Source of the DNA: a bacterium
GTDB lineage: Bacteria; SZUA-182; DTGQ01; JAFGSM01
Assembly: GCA_049472315.1 (NCBI GenBank)
Contig: JBLIRN010000037.1
Location: forward strand, 1 to 28,956
Length of the DNA: 28,956 nucleotides
Direction: 5' to 3'
A program made the position numbers and the translations under genes. Under the pieces are notes generated by a model, which searched no databases, was not told the DNA's origin, and saw nothing but the letters and a program-made list of their open reading frames with translations. Positions within the stretch are counted from its first letter, which is position 1, and each line of letters opens with the position of its first letter. Shown piece after piece: positions 26,665 to 28,956 of the stretch.

Positions 26665-28956
26665 TTACCGGTATCGGTAGCCGTACGTTGTGGATCCGTA
26701 TGTCGGCAAAAATCCGTACGATTGATACCCCGTGCCGAAGGAGTAGGGGAGTGCAGAAGACCCTGATGTGCCATAGATAGCGGAAAAATACCGTGTCGAT
26801 TGCAGAGGCAGGGCATATTGTGAAGGCCGGTATGTCGGGGGCTGGGACATAAAATTGACATAATTTATCTGCCCCAGATACGAAGGCCCGTATGGTGTGG
26901 ATCCGGTCCAGGATGGGAAGGTGTACCCAGAGGGCTGAACCATATAATTGAGATAACTTGTCTGCCCCATGTATGAAGGACTGTATTGTGTAAATCCGGT
27001 CCAGGAGGGGAAGGTATACGTATACGATGGCCAACCGAAGGGATAGAGCCCGTACGATGGCGTTGTTGAACTCGGCGGTTTCGGCGCGGCCTTCGTCTTA
27101 ATCGTAAAGGAGCGGAAATCGGCGCCAGGGCCGATTCCCAGATCAATGGTCCTTCCCCATCGGTCTTCGGCTGTATAATAGATGTTGATCATATAGGTAG
27201 CCCCATATTTCAGTGTAGTCGCAGGTTTGAACGTCATGATGGTGAATGATTCGTTCCAGGTGAAGGTCCCAGGCAGGATGGCTCCATTCGAATGGTCGAT
27301 CATCTCGAATGAGGATTCAGCGGATGTCCGGCGCATGGGTTCGCCGAACCTCACGGATATGGTCGTACTAATGGGAAGATCGGTCTTTTTTTCTCCCTCC
27401 CCGTACACCATTCCTCCGGCAAAGGATGGCGCCGCAAAATTGAGATGAGAGAGCCCCTCTTCGGTACCAATCCAGTAGTCGCCGAACGAATCGATCAGTA
27501 AGGCGTTCACCTGGTTAGTCACAAGGCCGCTGTTTGAGGTATCGAATGTGCTCCAGGTCTGTCTGTCATATCTGTAGAATCCGAGATCGCTTCCAATAAA
27601 AATGTCACCCGTTGCCGGATCGATAAAGAGGGCCTTTATGGCGCTGGAAGAAGTGGCAAGCTCGGAAGGAACAGGGACCGTAACGGGGGAGCCTCCCGGT
27701 GCAAGGGACATGAGGGTGTTTTCACCTCCCTTGACAGCCGCGAACCAGAGTGTGCCGTTTGGATCAATCGCCATATTGGAGATGGACGTGCCGCTTGTGG
27801 TTGATCCAAAATGACTTGAATTTCCTCCCGGGTCCTTGATGAAGAGCCCTTGCGTCCAGGTTCCGATGAACAATCTTCCTGACGGCCCGGCAAGGATGCC
27901 GGTGATGACGTCGTCGTTCAAGCTGAAGGGTTCTCCCTCAAAGATATTTTCACCCGATGTGCTATAGTTCACCCAGTCGGTCCCGTCATATTCAAAGATC
28001 CCCGAGCTTGTGGCCACCCAGGGGTGGCCGTTGGCATCTACCGTGATATCATTGATCAATGCCTGATCACTCATTCCCATATCATCCGGCCCGAATGTCT
28101 CGAACATGCCTTCGCCGATATATAGGCTCACCCCGTCACCAGAGGTTCCTCCTGCCGCGACCCAGATATCCCCCTGAGGACTCATGGCGATATCAATGAC
28201 CATGTTCCCAACAAGGCCGTCATTTTCGTCAAAGCAGGCAAATGCCCCGGTATAGAGGTTATAGGCGCATATACCTCCCCCTGTGGTTTGACTTTCTACC
28301 GTATAAGGCCAGGTCCCGATCCACAGGGTCCCGTTGTTGTCGAGCAGCAAGGCAGTGATAATGGGGCTTGACAGACATGCATCAAGGCCGAGGCAGTAAT
28401 CGGGTCCAAATGTGGCCCAGTTTTCCACGATGGGTAATACTGTGCCCTGGAATGAGAAGGTAACCGAGGGAGAGTCCGGGTCGTTTGAGCTGATGGTGAG
28501 GGCGGCGGACTGAGCCCCTGCGTCCTGTGGGGTGAAGGAGACGTTGAGGGTGCGGCTTTCACCCGCAGGGATAGTTGCCGGCGGCGTGCCGATGGGATTC
28601 GTCCCTGGCTGCGTATTCAGGGTGAAGTTTTGTGTATTGGTAAGGGAGATCGCCGATACGCTGAGATCGGCATTGCCGGTGTTTTCGATGGTGACGGTAA
28701 AGGCTGCGGATGAGCCGCCTGTGTTGATGCTTCCGAAGTCATGCGTGGCTGGCGAGGGCGTGACCTGGATGTTGGGCACCTGGGCCACACCAATGCCCTG
28801 GAATGAGAAGGTAACCGAGGGAGAGTCCGGGTCGTTTGAGGTGATGGTGAGGGTTGCGGACTGAGCCCCTGCGCCCTGTGGGGTGAAGGAGACGTTGAGG
28901 GTGCGGCTTTCACCCGCAGGGATAGTTGCCGGCGGCGTGCCGATGGGATTCGTCCC
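26665..28956 (-). CDS. Large surface or secreted protein (5' end beyond the right edge): tandem choice-of-anchor-D/ASH-like Ig domains, Reg_prop-like beta-propeller, Big_5-like domain, Tyr-rich tail
   Basis: Frame open to the window edge. HDFGSI..TVTIENTGNADLSV..ISSNDPD Ig domain; repeated D..G.(L/I)W(I/V)GT blades; ISVRFGEPM..MTFKP..LKYGATY; ~140 aa tail with 23 Tyr and no Asp/Glu. Confidence 0.92.
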   Translation of the reverse strand, partial: GTNPIGTPPATIPAGESRTLNVSFTPQGAGAQSATLTITSNDPDSPSVTFSFQGIGVAQVPNIQVTPSPATHDFGSINTGGSSAAFTVTIENTGNADLSVSAISLTNTQNFTLNTQPGTNPIGTPPATIPAGESRTLNVSFTPQDAGAQSAALTISSNDPDSPSVTFSFQGTVLPIVENWATFGPDYCLGLDACLSSPIITALLLDNNGTLWIGTWPYTVESQTTGGGICAYNLYTGAFACFDENDGLVGNMVIDIAMSPQGDIWVAAGGTSGDGVSLYIGEGMFETFGPDDMGMSDQALINDITVDANGHPWVATSSGIFEYDGTDWVNYSTSGENIFEGEPFSLNDDVITGILAGPSGRLFIGTWTQGLFIKDPGGNSSHFGSTTSGTSISNMAIDPNGTLWFAAVKGGENTLMSLAPGGSPVTVPVPSELATSSSAIKALFIDPATGDIFIGSDLGFYRYDRQTWSTFDTSNSGLVTNQVNALLIDSFGDYWIGTEEGLSHLNFAAPSFAGGMVYGEGEKKTDLPISTTISVRFGEPMRRTSAESSFEMIDHSNGAILPGTFTWNESFTIMTFKPATTLKYGATYMINIYYTAEDRWGRTIDLGIGPGADFRSFTIKTKAAPKPPSSTTPSYGLYPFGWPSYTYTFPSWTGFTQYSPSYMGQTSYLNYMVQPSGYTFPSWTGSTPYGPSYLGQINYVNFMSQPPTYRPSQYALPLQSTRYFSAIYGTSGSSALPYSFGTGYQSYGFLPTYGSTTYGYRYR
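26840..27018 (-). repeat. 2 x 93 bp (31 aa) tandem repeat within the Tyr-rich tail
   Basis: YTFPSWTGFTQYSPSYMGQTSYLNYMVQP / YTFPSWTGSTPYGPSYLGQINYVNFMSQP. Confidence 0.9.
28443..28956 (-). repeat. Near-identical intragenic Ig-domain repeat, period 351 bp (117 aa)
   Basis: 28443-28605 vs 28794-28956: 4 mismatches in 163 bp; the repeat continues past the window edge. Confidence 0.95.

Noticed and set aside
26411..27034. ORFs 26411..26608 (+) and 26414..27034 (-)
   Set aside because: The first is a chance read-in to the duplicated gene fragment. The second is an alternate frame of the Tyr-rich tail.

Overview
Bacterial chromosomal window, inferred to come from an anaerobe with deltaproteobacterial-like genes; taxonomy cannot be fixed from the sequence alone. 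Recognisable genes: a Crp/Fnr (HcpR-like) regulator, murJ, a K+-dependent (probably Na+-pumping) membrane pyrophosphatase hppA, two PAS hybrid histidine kinases, a Dus-family protein, a monoheme cytochrome c, MgtC/SapB, a trypsin-like protease, a DUF4382-like exported protein, an SLC12-like cation-chloride cotransporter, an OmpA/MotB lipoprotein, a LapA-domain protein and a large Ig-repeat/beta-propeller surface protein cut by the right edge. No tRNA, rRNA, CRISPR array, integrase or transposase was seen. Main oddities: (1) four otherwise unrelated proteins carry charge-poor Tyr/Trp-Ser-Pro-Gly low-complexity regions, possibly a shared envelope sorting or assembly module; (2) a diverged copy of the 3' end of the DUF4382-like gene brackets a 5 kb block containing two internally deleted pseudogenes; (3) the second kinase has an Asp-less receiver; (4) the protease has a ~100 aa coiled coil inside its catalytic domain; (5) the hppA leader is structured and could hide its ribosome-binding site; (6) one exported protein is enriched in D-[AP]-N motifs. 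All family calls come from motif recognition, not database searches.
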